64,000 nucleotides of DNA from a virus (IMGVR_UViG_3300020048_000044:32001-96000); one strand, 5' to 3'; positions 30,086 to 40,369 are shown, numbered from the stretch's first letter. The notes: a model not told the origin generated them from the sequence alone. Numbers and translations are program-made.

Positions 30086-30322
30086 ATGTTAAGTCCTTTT
30101 TATATTTCAGAACAAAAAATGTTATATCCATATAGAAAATATATGAATAACGAAAATGATGTATATTTGCATATATGTTTTTTAGTTGATAATCGGATTA
30201 AAACTATTGAACAATTACGGGCAATGAGTTTTGTTATATTGAAACGTGAATATTTTACAAATGTCAGTAATGAAGACCTTTACAACGGTTTTTATAATTA
30301 TTTTGTAAAAAACAAAAAATAA
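30086..30322 (+). CDS. hypothetical protein
   Basis: ORF after promoter. Confidence 0.6.
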   Translation: MLSPFYISEQKMLYPYRKYMNNENDVYLHICFLVDNRIKTIEQLRAMSFVILKREYFTNVSNEDLYNGFYNYFVKNKK

Positions 30323-30385
30323 ATTTGTTTTTGTCAAAAATTATATCTATCTTTGCATTCTAATATTAATCAACTAAATTTTATT

Positions 30386-31056
30386 ATGGAAAAAATTAAT
30401 GTTTCAAAGTCTACACGTGTTAATTACTTAATACCTAGCAAAGGTAGGGGTTTATTATATAATGGAATTTATATAAGTCCTTTACGATTAGTCAAAGGTA
30501 ACAGTAAATTAGTTAATATCCTAATTTTTGATTTAACAGCCGTAAAAAGTTGTTTAAATTGTGAGGACTGCAAAAATACTTGTTATGCCGTTAAAGCTGA
30601 ACGTATCTATACTGATACCCTTATTTTTAGAGATACAAACCTTTGTATGGTAAAAAATGATTTACCTTTATTAAAGGAATTAATTTGTAAGCAATTGGAT
30701 AAAACCAAAATTACAAGCCTACGTATACATTCAAGCGGAGATTTTTTAAGCCAAGAGTATATAAATTTTTGGAGTGAAATTATTTCTTTATATCCTAGTA
30801 TAAAATTTTATGCTTATACAAAGGTTGAACAAATTTTGGATTTTTCACAAATACAAACCAATACAAATTTTAACCTTATCAATTCATTAATCGAAAATAA
30901 GGTATTAAATTATGGTAGTTTAGAGTATTGTGAGGACTTGAAAAAACATATAATACATTTATTTGCCCAGCAACAAAAAAACGTAGTGAGATAAAATGTG
31001 GTAAAGAATGTAGTTATTGTATTACTAAAAAGAATGTCTGTTTTATTCAACACTAA
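30386..31056 (+). pseudogene. phage Gp88-like (radical-SAM-related) protein with apparent frameshift near 30941
   Basis: SCLNCEDC..CYA, RIHSSGDF, FYAYTK; Cys-rich tail CPA..C..C..C..CFIQH continues in the -1 frame to 31056. Confidence 0.6.
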
Positions 31057-31176
31057 ATAAGCCGTTTTAAACAACTTTATATCGTTGATAGGTTAGTTTA
31101 TTCAAGTTAGGATAAACTAACCTTAAAACGCTTTAAAATCGTCCCTAGAGATATAAATTCGTTTCTTATTATATAT

Positions 31177-31250
31177 AAAAAAATATAAGGTAGGTTGGAG
31201 TATACCTCCCAATATTTTTTGAATATTGTCACGTCATATCTAATTGACTC
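31177..31250 (-). ncRNA. small RNA family copy B
   Basis: reverse promoter at 31253; three hairpins; ends TACCTTATATTTTTTT. Confidence 0.55.
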
Positions 31251-31432
31251 TACAAAGATAGAAATAATAATTTAGATATCCTAATAAAAAGTGAATTATT
31301 TTACATAGAGTTATTAACAATTAAAATGTTAATAAGTATGGTGAAAATAAATGCAAATAAATTTGGTGGTTTGGTTTTTTCTTTATATCTTTGCCTTATC
31401 AAATTTAATTAATCAACTTAAAACAACTTATT

Positions 31433-32317
31433 ATGAAAGCAAAAGCAAATGAAATTTTAGCTAATCACGAATTAGATTTTACAATTGAAAAAGAACAATT
31501 AATTGGTGCTGTTAGTGGTAGGGAAACACCATATTTTGGATTGTTCAATAACAGTTCAAATGAATGTATAAACACTGTTAAAAAAGGTTATACTGTATCA
31601 CAAAACATTGATGTAGTAGAATTGGTATTAATGGGTATTGAGCCATTTGGTGATAAATTAACAGTTCAAAAAGCTGGTAGTTTGAATGGTGGTAGAAAAG
31701 TATTTTTACAATTAGCAATTGAAGGAAATGGAATTGTAGGTAATGACGTTATTAAACGTTATGTAACTATTATTGATTCAAATGACGGTTCAACTTCATT
31801 ATCAATTGGAATTGGTGATTTAACAATGAGTTGTTCAAATCAATTTTTCAAGTTTTATAAACAAGGTGAAGCTAAATTTAGACATTCAGCGAGCCTAACT
31901 GAAAAAATCAAAGGTATTCCAAGCCTTATTGAATTGGCATTAGGTGAAAGCCTTAAACAAATTGAGTTGTATAAACAATTCGTTTCAACTGATATTACCA
32001 AAGACCTTGCAAATCGTATGGTAAAACACGTTTTAGGTTATGATAGGGAATATACAAGTATGGACGAGTTATCGAAAAAATCTACAAAATCCATTAACAT
32101 AATGGATAAATTGTATAATCATATTGAACGTGAAACAGCCGACAAAGGTTTAAATCTTTGGGGGTTGCATTCTGGAGTAACAAGTTACACAACCCACGAA
32201 ATTTCAGTTCCAAAAAGACATAATGCCCATATTGAAAGTTCATTGATTGGTTCAGCTTATAAAATGAACAATGACAGTTTAGGGTTTGTTACAAAACGCT
32301 TAGCCTTAACAGTTTAA
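31433..32317 (+). CDS. DUF932 family protein
   Basis: Y.V.QN...AGSLNGGRKVFLQL...DSNDGS.S...MSCSNQF...LWG. Confidence 0.85.
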   Translation: MKAKANEILANHELDFTIEKEQLIGAVSGRETPYFGLFNNSSNECINTVKKGYTVSQNIDVVELVLMGIEPFGDKLTVQKAGSLNGGRKVFLQLAIEGNGIVGNDVIKRYVTIIDSNDGSTSLSIGIGDLTMSCSNQFFKFYKQGEAKFRHSASLTEKIKGIPSLIELALGESLKQIELYKQFVSTDITKDLANRMVKHVLGYDREYTSMDELSKKSTKSINIMDKLYNHIERETADKGLNLWGLHSGVTSYTTHEISVPKRHNAHIESSLIGSAYKMNNDSLGFVTKRLALTV

Positions 32318-32407
32318 AAATAGATGAATAATAAACCACAATTTATTTGGAATTGTGGTTTTTTATATCTATCTTTGTCAAACAATAATCAACTAAAATA
32401 AAACATT

Positions 32408-32779
32408 ATGTCAGAATTTAGAATGGAGTTTGAAAAATCCAATGGTGGTATTCCATATAAACATTGCACCAAATGTGGTATAAAAGAAGAGGAAACCGTA
32501 ATGACAAATACACCCGATGGTTGGTTTTGTTGTGATTGCTACCCACCAACGATGTTATGTAAGGAATCACCAACGGCACACGAAATGGTTAATAAAGTTA
32601 TTGGTTTATTAAACAATATTAATATTGACGGTGAAACGATGCAATATATATTAGGACGTGTTGGAATGGAAGACCAAATGTTATCTCAATTGGTTAGGGG
32701 TTGTGAGGATAGACAAATAGTTGAGGAACTTTTGAATGAAAGCGATGAAGCTTGGAGAAATGATTTAAAAAAAAACTAA
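32408..32779 (+). CDS. zinc-finger-containing hypothetical protein
   Basis: CTKCG...CCDC. Confidence 0.65.
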   Translation: MSEFRMEFEKSNGGIPYKHCTKCGIKEEETVMTNTPDGWFCCDCYPPTMLCKESPTAHEMVNKVIGLLNNINIDGETMQYILGRVGMEDQMLSQLVRGCEDRQIVEELLNESDEAWRNDLKKN

Positions 32780-32849
32780 AAGATATTAGGAATTATGAAA
32801 AAAATTCTTTATCTTTGTCGTATAAAATTAATCTATTAAAAAGAATGTT

Positions 32850-33206
32850 ATGGGAAATTTGAATAATAGTATATCTTTAATTACTGCAAGGGTAAAAAGA
32901 GGTGAAGTAAATGAAAAGGCTTTATATGATATTTTTGCTAGTGATAGCGATTTTAGTCAAAATGAAGATGAGTATCAATATGATACTTTAGATAAGGGTT
33001 TTGAAAATGAAGCCGATAGACAAGCAACTGAAATTTGGGTTAAATATAAAAATGTTAAAAACGAAAGGGAACGTTTATTTTTAATGATGGACGAAGTTTT
33101 TAAAGTTAGTGGTTTTATTGGTAATTCAAGTTATTACGGTAACTATTCGCTAGAGATAATTGAAACCGACACTGAATTTATTATTATCATTGGAGTAATT
33201 ATGTAA
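32850..33206 (+). CDS. hypothetical protein
   Basis: ORF after promoter. Confidence 0.75.
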   Translation: MGNLNNSISLITARVKRGEVNEKALYDIFASDSDFSQNEDEYQYDTLDKGFENEADRQATEIWVKYKNVKNERERLFLMMDEVFKVSGFIGNSSYYGNYSLEIIETDTEFIIIIGVIM

Positions 33207-33274
33207 AAATAAATTTGGTAGTGTGAATTTAATTACTTATCTTTGCACTACCAAATTATTAAAACCTTTATATT

Positions 33275-33493
33275 ATGGCAAAAAAACCAACCAATACAGA
33301 AATTGAAAATTTCGTAGATACATACGAATTTACTGAAAATGAAATTGCAGACGTTGAAGAAATCGAATTTGACGATGAAACGGCAATCAATTTAGGTTAT
33401 GTTTATTCGACAACTAGAAATTCTTGGTTTAAAAAGAATAATTCACTTTATACCGAGAGAGAAGAAGAAATTGTAAATTATTTAACCAACTAA
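33275..33493 (+). CDS. hypothetical protein
   Basis: ORF after promoter. Confidence 0.75.
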   Translation: MAKKPTNTEIENFVDTYEFTENEIADVEEIEFDDETAINLGYVYSTTRNSWFKKNNSLYTEREEEIVNYLTN

Positions 33494-33675
33494 AAATAAA
33501 ACGGTATGAAATATTGGCACGTAATTAAAACAAAAAACTCAATAAAGGTTACACCAAAATTAACAATGGAGTGTAAAGACGTTAAAGGTTCAATAGCTTG
33601 TTATCTCACAAGGAGTGGTGCAATTGCTGATTTGAATACAAGACAATTAAAATAACCAACTAAAAATAAAACGGT

Positions 33676-33978
33676 ATGAATGCTGAATTTAAAAACAGAC
33701 AAATAGCAATTTTCAATGCTGAACAAGTATTACACGTTACAACTGAAAAATTGCTTTTAGATATTTTAAAAGTATTGACAGATGAACAACTAAACGAATT
33801 AGACGCTTACCCGTTTAGTGATTTTGAAGAGTTTCAATCCTACGAAAAGGAATCACAAAATTTTGTAATTTTTGATACTGATATGGATGAAGAAAAAAAT
33901 GTTGATATTAGCGACCTTTCGCAAGAGCAACAAAAAGATTTGATTGATACGATTATGGTGCAAATTTTCAACATGTAA
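33676..33978 (+). CDS. hypothetical acidic protein
   Basis: ORF track. Confidence 0.7.
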   Translation: MNAEFKNRQIAIFNAEQVLHVTTEKLLLDILKVLTDEQLNELDAYPFSDFEEFQSYEKESQNFVIFDTDMDEEKNVDISDLSQEQQKDLIDTIMVQIFNM

Positions 33979-34062
33979 AATAATTAAAAAAAACCACAAA
34001 TAAATTTGGATTTGTGGTTTTTTTGTTTTATCTTTGTGGTATCAAATTTAAAATAGAATAGT

Positions 34063-34518
34063 ATGTATATGTATTTAGCCAATGAATTTAGCAATTTGAA
34101 TAAGGTAGTCCCTAATATTCATTATGGAGGTTGTTGTTTATTTGCCGAAGAGGTTTTCACCTTATTAAAAAAGCTTAAGAAAAAACCTAGAGTTATCATA
34201 TTAACCACAACCCCAAAAACAGTTAAACACTATGTCAAGTATTTTCCAAAGGTTAGTGAAACAATAACAGATATTGGACACGCTGTTATTTATGTAGATG
34301 GTGTTTTTATTGATAATAACGGCATTTATAATAAATTGACTGATGTTCTACATTATGAAAACGAAAAACGTTATAAACGTTTAAGAATAAGCAAAAAAGA
34401 ATTATCGTTTATCAATGAGAATATGGAAAATTGGAATCCTAGATTTGAAAGAGAAAAATTAAGTGTTGTAAAAAATACTTTAAAAAACATTGAAAATTAT
34501 TTGGTATCTTCAAAATAA
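34063..34518 (+). CDS. hypothetical protein
   Basis: ORF after promoter; GGCC..H..D motif. Confidence 0.75.
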   Translation: MYMYLANEFSNLNKVVPNIHYGGCCLFAEEVFTLLKKLKKKPRVIILTTTPKTVKHYVKYFPKVSETITDIGHAVIYVDGVFIDNNGIYNKLTDVLHYENEKRYKRLRISKKELSFINENMENWNPRFEREKLSVVKNTLKNIENYLVSSK

Positions 34519-34556
34519 TTTCTTATCTTTGTCAAACAAATTTAAACCAATTAAAA

Positions 34557-34937
34557 ATGCAAGCAAGCGATTTAATACCAAAAAATAAATTACCACTTGA
34601 CCAAGTTGAGGGTAAGTTAAAAGAATTAGGTTTATTAGTTAATGATAAACCAATATCTTATACCAAATTTAAAAAAGAATATGCCGATGTTCATTGTTAT
34701 ACGGGCAGACTTTGGGGTAAACGTGTTAAACAATATGTTATTTACGTTGGAACACGTGAAAATAAGTTTGGATTTTATCCACCACTAGCACCAAAAGAAG
34801 AAAGTTTAAAAATGGCTTATCAATATTATTTAGATACGGCAACAAGCGATTTTAAAATGGACTTTACTTCTGGATTGGTTATGTGGGGTAATTGTGGTAT
34901 TCCATTGACAAGCAGACCTTTAAGATGTGATTTATAA
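34557..34937 (+). CDS. hypothetical protein
   Basis: ORF after promoter. Confidence 0.75.
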   Translation: MQASDLIPKNKLPLDQVEGKLKELGLLVNDKPISYTKFKKEYADVHCYTGRLWGKRVKQYVIYVGTRENKFGFYPPLAPKEESLKMAYQYYLDTATSDFKMDFTSGLVMWGNCGIPLTSRPLRCDL

Positions 34938-35026
34938 AATAAATAAAAAAAACTACAATTTTATTAGGAATTGTAGTTTTTTTGTTTTATCTTTGTCAAA
35001 CAATAATCAACTAAAAATAAAACGGT

Positions 35027-35410
35027 ATGAATAAGTCAAACATTATTAGCGAAAAATTAAAACAACTTGAAAAAGAAAGTTGTGATTTGTTTTCTATCTT
35101 AAGAAACAAAAGACCAATATATGATTTTCTAGGTAAATTGGATTTTGACAAAGAGGGTTTAACGACTATTCCTTTTTTGGTAGATTTAGCCGATGAACAA
35201 GAAGTTTTAGAAGAGTTACCAATCGTTGAAATGAGAAGTGATTTAGACGGTGGAACTTTCGATGTTCACGTTTTGAGGGTAGATGAAAACGGTTTAACGT
35301 GTGTTAATTACAATGACCATACAGTTATTAATACCTACGGTTTTAATGATTTATCAAACATAGATTATCGTTTAATCGTATTGAATGAAATGTATGAAAT
35401 TGATAACTAA
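35027..35410 (+). CDS. hypothetical protein
   Basis: ORF after promoter. Confidence 0.75.
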   Translation: MNKSNIISEKLKQLEKESCDLFSILRNKRPIYDFLGKLDFDKEGLTTIPFLVDLADEQEVLEELPIVEMRSDLDGGTFDVHVLRVDENGLTCVNYNDHTVINTYGFNDLSNIDYRLIVLNEMYEIDN

Positions 35411-35506
35411 AAAATAATTATAAAAAAACTACAATTTTATTAGGAATTGTGGTTTTTTTGTTTTATCTTTGTAGTATCAAATTAATCAACTAAAAACTTT
35501 TCAATT

Positions 35507-35908
35507 ATGCACGTAGATTTAAAAAATATCAAAGGTTCATTAGAAGATATGAACAATTTATTTGATGATGCTGAAAGATTCAGTGTTAGAAATTACAAAC
35601 CAAATGAAAAAAATCCTAGTAATTTTGATATTACTATTCGATGTGGTGATGAACTTGCAAAGATAATCAAAACTAAAAAAAGTCTTAAATCTTTGATTAA
35701 GATTTCAAAAAATGTTAAGGTAGTTGTTAAAAAATCGTATAAGATTTGGGTTGTTATTGAAGAGCAAACAGAATTTAGCGATGGTTCGGAAGAGTTAAAA
35801 GATTTAGAAGACAACACACAAAGTTGTGGGTATTTTGATACGCTAGAAGAAGCTGAAAGGGCATTAGCTGAAATAAATGCTAATTATGAGGGAGATTTTA
35901 GAAAATAA
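35507..35908 (+). CDS. hypothetical protein
   Basis: ORF after promoter. Confidence 0.75.
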   Translation: MHVDLKNIKGSLEDMNNLFDDAERFSVRNYKPNEKNPSNFDITIRCGDELAKIIKTKKSLKSLIKISKNVKVVVKKSYKIWVVIEEQTEFSDGSEELKDLEDNTQSCGYFDTLEEAERALAEINANYEGDFRK

Positions 35909-35973
35909 ATTTGGAATTATAATTTTTTATTCTTATCTTTGTCTTATCAATTAATCAACTAAAACCAATTACA

Positions 35974-36558
35974 ATGAATACTTTTGAAAACGATAATTTT
36001 AAATTAACTATTGATTTGGATTCTGACCCAATAAACCCTAGAGGAAACGATAATATGTTTACAATATATTGTGACCATAAACGCTACGATTTAGGTGATA
36101 AGAAAGATGTTAAACCACCTAGTTATTGTTATTGTTGGGAACAAGTAAAAGCATTTTTAATAAGAGAAAAAAATGCAGTTATTATTGAACCGATTTATAT
36201 GTATGACCATAGTGGTATTACAATATCAACTAAACCGTTTAGTTGTAAATGGGATTCGGGGCAAATAGGTTTTATTTATGTTAGCCGTGAAAAATTATTA
36301 GAAGAGTATAATTGTAAACGTATTACAAAAAAGATACGTGAAACAGCGATGCAAGTTTTAGAAGCTGAAATAAAAGAATACGACCAATATTTAACGGGTG
36401 ATGTTTATTTCTTTGAATTGCTAGATAAACGAACCAATGAAGAGGATTCGTGTTACGGATTTTTTGGTAGTAACATTTTTGAAAATGGAATGTCTGATTA
36501 TTTAAGTGATGAATGTATTGAAAGCCTTGAATTAAAAAAATCATATAAAACAGTATAA
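35974..36558 (+). CDS. conserved phage/mobile-element hypothetical protein
   Basis: YDHSGITIS...WDSGQIG...YDQYL.G.VY. Confidence 0.75.
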   Translation: MNTFENDNFKLTIDLDSDPINPRGNDNMFTIYCDHKRYDLGDKKDVKPPSYCYCWEQVKAFLIREKNAVIIEPIYMYDHSGITISTKPFSCKWDSGQIGFIYVSREKLLEEYNCKRITKKIRETAMQVLEAEIKEYDQYLTGDVYFFELLDKRTNEEDSCYGFFGSNIFENGMSDYLSDECIESLELKKSYKTV

Positions 36559-36560
36559 AA

Positions 36561-36782
36561 ATGGCAAGTATAAAAGATTGTTGTATTCAACGCATAGAAG
36601 CTGATATAAGAGCTTTAAAAAATAGAACTAAGCAACCACAAGAACTAACTGCTGAACGTATGTTAGATAAGCTTAAAACGATTGATTTGGCGTGGTATGA
36701 TGAGATGGGAACTAAGTTTTATAATGCCCTTGATGAATATCGAAGGAAAGAAAAAAATAAACAAGAAAAAGTTTGGAATTAA
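36561..36782 (+). CDS. hypothetical protein
   Basis: ORF track. Confidence 0.7.
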   Translation: MASIKDCCIQRIEADIRALKNRTKQPQELTAERMLDKLKTIDLAWYDEMGTKFYNALDEYRRKEKNKQEKVWN

Positions 36783-36828
36783 CAAATATTATTCTTATCT
36801 TTGTCAAACAATTTAAAACTAGAAACAA

Positions 36829-37218
36829 ATGGAAAAGTTTAGAATATTCAGAGAGGGAAATAAGGTTAATATAGCACAGTGTTATTTAACAGATGAAGTA
36901 GGTATTAATGCACATGCAACCCCAACGGCAACAATATTATCAGAGCCAAAGGATAATGAAGAGTTGGTTTGTGTTCTTTATGAAAATGGATTAATTGACC
37001 ACGTGCCACAATACATACTTGAAAATATTGAGAGTAAGGAATTATTTGAAAATCAAATTGATTTGATGTGTGAGATACAAGGCGAATTAAATATTAACAT
37101 TGTTAATTGTGGTAATTGTGGGGGCGTTTTCCTTCATAAATTAAATGAAACAGAAATAAAATGCCCTTATTGTTGTTTTAATTCAGAGCCTTGCGATTTT
37201 CCCGATTTTATTAGTTAA
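36829..37218 (+). CDS. zinc-ribbon protein
   Basis: CGNCG...CPYC..C. Confidence 0.7.
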   Translation: MEKFRIFREGNKVNIAQCYLTDEVGINAHATPTATILSEPKDNEELVCVLYENGLIDHVPQYILENIESKELFENQIDLMCEIQGELNINIVNCGNCGGVFLHKLNETEIKCPYCCFNSEPCDFPDFIS

Positions 37219-37261
37219 AAATATACTTTAGTTGGTTAAGTTCGGAGTGAAACCGAACACT

Positions 37262-37289
37262 AAAGGACTTCTTTTTGAAGTCCTTTTTT
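37262..37289 (+). terminator. intrinsic terminator
   Basis: AAAGGACTTC/GAAGTCCTTT stem plus T-run. Confidence 0.85.
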
Positions 37290-37300
37290 ATTATACCTAT

Positions 37301-37370
37301 AAAAAAAATATAAGGTAAGGTGGAGTATACTTTCCGTCTATGTTGGTAGTCGTAACGTCATATTGACAAG
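37301..37370 (-). ncRNA. small RNA family copy C
   Basis: reverse promoter at 37372; ends TACCTTATATTTTTTTT. Confidence 0.55.
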
Positions 37371-37525
37371 ACAAAGATAGAAATAAAAAACCACAATTCC
37401 AAATTTATTTGATATTATTTTATATGAAGTTATTAACAATTAAAATATTAATAAAATGTTGATAAAAACTTGACATTGTGGAATTTATTATGTATCTTTG
37501 TAGAATAAATTTAAAATTATAAGAT

Positions 37526-38074
37526 ATGAAACTTTACAGATTAAACAAAAGAACATTATTATTTGAGGAGGTTAATAATCGATTAATGTATTTTAGTGTT
37601 GGATTATTTTTATTTGTCAGTGCATTAACAACGTATTTGATTTTAAATAATGTTAATCAAATTAAGTTGATAAGTGGAGAAACAAAAACGCTTATATTAA
37701 ATGAGCAACATAGTTTCACCAAAGAAAAATTCAAAGCAACTTTATTAGAATTAAATTTAAAATATCCGCATATAGTATATGCACAAGCTGTTTTAGAAAG
37801 TGGTTCGTTTACTAGCAAATTATTTAAAGAAAATAATAACGCTTTTGGAATGAAAGTTGCAACACAAAGACCAACAACAAATAAAGGGGCTGAAAACGGA
37901 TACGCTTATTATAATAATTATTTTGATTGTATTGTAGATTATGCGTTCTATCAGTCAAAATTTTTATCAAAGATAACGAGTGAATCCGAATATTTTAATT
38001 ATCTAAAACAGAATTATGCAGAAGACCCGACATATATAGATAAGTTAAAAGAAATAATCGAAAAAAATAAATAA
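37526..38074 (+). CDS. membrane-anchored glucosaminidase (GH73) domain protein
   Basis: N-terminal TM; AQAVLESG...NNNAFGMK...YAEDPTY. Confidence 0.85.
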   Translation: MKLYRLNKRTLLFEEVNNRLMYFSVGLFLFVSALTTYLILNNVNQIKLISGETKTLILNEQHSFTKEKFKATLLELNLKYPHIVYAQAVLESGSFTSKLFKENNNAFGMKVATQRPTTNKGAENGYAYYNNYFDCIVDYAFYQSKFLSKITSESEYFNYLKQNYAEDPTYIDKLKEIIEKNK

Positions 38075-38279
38075 AAAAAAAACACAAATTATTAGGATTT
38101 GTGGTTTTTTTGTTTTATCTTTGTAGTATCAAATTAAAACATATACCAATGAGAACTTTAACTGTATCAACAAAGACCTTTACTGAAATGTTATCGGGAT
38201 TAATCCAATCGGGTGTAACATTTGAAGCAGAAGAAAAAAACGGTGAAATAGTAATAACATTTACGGGAGGATATTAATT

Positions 38280-38549
38280 ATGGCACGAACACAATTATAC
38301 ATTATTTGGATTGAGGGTTTTGAATACAAGACTGGCGAAAAGGTTAATAATTTAACCGACCACGGATTTAGTTATACTACAAAAATGACTGAAAGCCTAC
38401 GTATCAAACAAGATGATATACTACAAATGAAACACTATATGAAAAGGCACGGTATCGCTAAATGGGTTATTGATAGTAGTGAAACATTTATCAAAACAAG
38501 CTATGCACCAAAAGGAACAATATTAAATTCAAAAAAAATTGCATTTTAA
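38280..38549 (+). CDS. hypothetical protein
   Basis: ORF track. Confidence 0.7.
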   Translation: MARTQLYIIWIEGFEYKTGEKVNNLTDHGFSYTTKMTESLRIKQDDILQMKHYMKRHGIAKWVIDSSETFIKTSYAPKGTILNSKKIAF

Positions 38550-38616
38550 TTTGGTAGTGTCATTTTTTATTATTATCTTTGTCGTATCAAATTAATCAAC
38601 TAAAAAAAATTACACA

Positions 38617-38916
38617 ATGGCAACAAAAACTTGGAAAATCGGAGAATATTGTAAAGGTGGTATTATCACCGTAGAAACAACTAAAAAACAAGTTACCATT
38701 ATTGGTAAAGAATGGGATATGTCAAAGGGTTGTAGAAGAAGTTCAGACCAATCGAATGCAAAGGAATGGACTAGAAAGACTGTACAAATTGATAACCGTA
38801 ATATTGATAGAGAGTTAAACGACTTTTTATGTGATTTATCAACGTCTTATTATGCTGATGAAATAATGAAATGGATTGAAAGTAAGATAGAAACTAAAAA
38901 TAGAATATTTTGGTAA
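38617..38916 (+). CDS. hypothetical protein
   Basis: ORF after promoter. Confidence 0.75.
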   Translation: MATKTWKIGEYCKGGIITVETTKKQVTIIGKEWDMSKGCRRSSDQSNAKEWTRKTVQIDNRNIDRELNDFLCDLSTSYYADEIMKWIESKIETKNRIFW

Positions 38917-38939
38917 AAATAAATTAAAAATAAAACGCT

Positions 38940-39119
38940 ATGAAAAAAACAGTATTTAACATTGAGTATGATACAGACGGTGAAATCCTTGATTTACCAA
39001 CTACATTAGAAATTGAAGTTCCTAAAGAATTAACAGATGATGAAGAAATTAATGAGTTTTTAAGTGATGAAATAAGCAATATTACTGGGTTTTGTCATTT
39101 AGGTTTTGAAATAAAATAA
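38940..39119 (+). CDS. small acidic protein (59 aa)
   Basis: IEYDTDGE..DLP...ISNITGFCH.GF. Confidence 0.65.
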   Translation: MKKTVFNIEYDTDGEILDLPTTLEIEVPKELTDDEEINEFLSDEISNITGFCHLGFEIK

Positions 39120-39214
39120 AAAAAAATAAAAAATAAACCACAAATTATTAGGATTTGTGGTTTATTTGTTTTATCTTTGTAGTATCAAATTAATTAATTA
39201 AAACTTTGTCAATT

Positions 39215-39406
39215 ATGGGTATCAAAAAAGAGGACGTTGAATTAGTTGCTAAAAGCCTTAATTTCAAACCGACTGACGAACAAATAAAAGATATAATTTC
39301 ATTATATCCGTCTGCACAAGAAAATGACCCAACGGGAACGTGGGATTTAGTAGTAGAGAATTTGTTATATGAGTTAGAAGTTGAACAAACTAAAACCGTG
39401 AAATAA
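39215..39406 (+). CDS. hypothetical protein
   Basis: ATG after promoter. Confidence 0.7.
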   Translation: MGIKKEDVELVAKSLNFKPTDEQIKDIISLYPSAQENDPTGTWDLVVENLLYELEVEQTKTVK

Positions 39407-39591
39407 TGGATTATTTTGAACATTACGAATTACTTCCTATTGAAATAAAAACAATAATTGATGAATTTTGCAATGGTGAAAATTCATACGAAAATTGTGC
39501 TAACCTCGTAACTGCTTTAGAACTAGAGGGTTGGACTTGTGATTATGGATTAGATGCTGAACCGTATAATTTACATAAAATAATTGAATAA
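39406..39591 (+). CDS. hypothetical protein
   Basis: ORF track. Confidence 0.7.
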   Translation: MDYFEHYELLPIEIKTIIDEFCNGENSYENCANLVTALELEGWTCDYGLDAEPYNLHKIIE

Positions 39592-39650
39592 AAGTTTGGT
39601 ATTGTCAAATTAATTACTTATCTTTGTAGAACAATAATCAACTAGAAATT

Positions 39651-39929
39651 ATGGCAAAAATTGACGTAGGAACACAAGGGTTCAAAGGTGGTAAAATAAC
39701 ACACCAACACAAAGGATATGCTGAATTGCATACAGACATTAAAGGTTGTAACTTTGCCGTTATTATGGACGGTTACAAGGGACAAGGTAAAGACTATCAA
39801 CCACGTGACGAAGCGAATATAAAATTCAATTTCCCGAATGGTAAAAGTATTGAGTTTGAAACTATTGAAGCATTTTATATAGCTTTGACGGGTTGCAAAG
39901 AAGATGAAACAGGTTTTCCACCGTTTTAA
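39651..39929 (+). CDS. hypothetical protein
   Basis: ORF after promoter. Confidence 0.75.
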   Translation: MAKIDVGTQGFKGGKITHQHKGYAELHTDIKGCNFAVIMDGYKGQGKDYQPRDEANIKFNFPNGKSIEFETIEAFYIALTGCKEDETGFPPF

Positions 39930-40086
39930 AATATAGTTGATGTGTTAAATTGATAATTAGTCATTGGTGGTTCTTTGACTAGTGGAATAAGGTAAGATAG
40001 AAATATTTTACCTTTTTTTTGTGTTTTTATTTGGAATTGTAAAATATTATTCTTATCTTTGTCTTATCAATTTAAAACGAACTATT

Positions 40087-40320
40087 ATGTTAATATTACA
40101 CACATTTGAAAAATTAGGTTATACAGCTTTTATCGGCTCTAATGGTAATAAATTTATATTTAATATTCAACCTAGCGATGAACCAAAATGTTGTGGTGGT
40201 TATCCAAACTTAAATTATATTTGTAGAGTTAAAGGGTTGCTACTTGATGAAAGGAAAATATTAATAGATAAGGCTGAAAAAATAATGGGTAAAACTATTA
40301 AAGAAAATTTGGAATTGTAA
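40087..40320 (+). CDS. hypothetical protein
   Basis: ATG after promoter. Confidence 0.7.
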   Translation: MLILHTFEKLGYTAFIGSNGNKFIFNIQPSDEPKCCGGYPNLNYICRVKGLLLDERKILIDKAEKIMGKTIKENLEL

Positions 40321-40369
40321 AATATTTGTTTTATCTTTGTCAAACAATAATCAACTAAAACTTTATATT

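Noticed and set aside
29130-30131. Minus-strand ORFs 29130-29468 and 29937-30131
   Set aside because: Low-complexity translations in the non-coding node; non-ATG starts or overlap with promoters.
39959-40020. Hairpin plus stem after ORF 39651 (similar at 37239-37289 and 49619-49683) as ncRNA
   Set aside because: Adequately explained as 3'-UTR stabilising hairpins and terminators.
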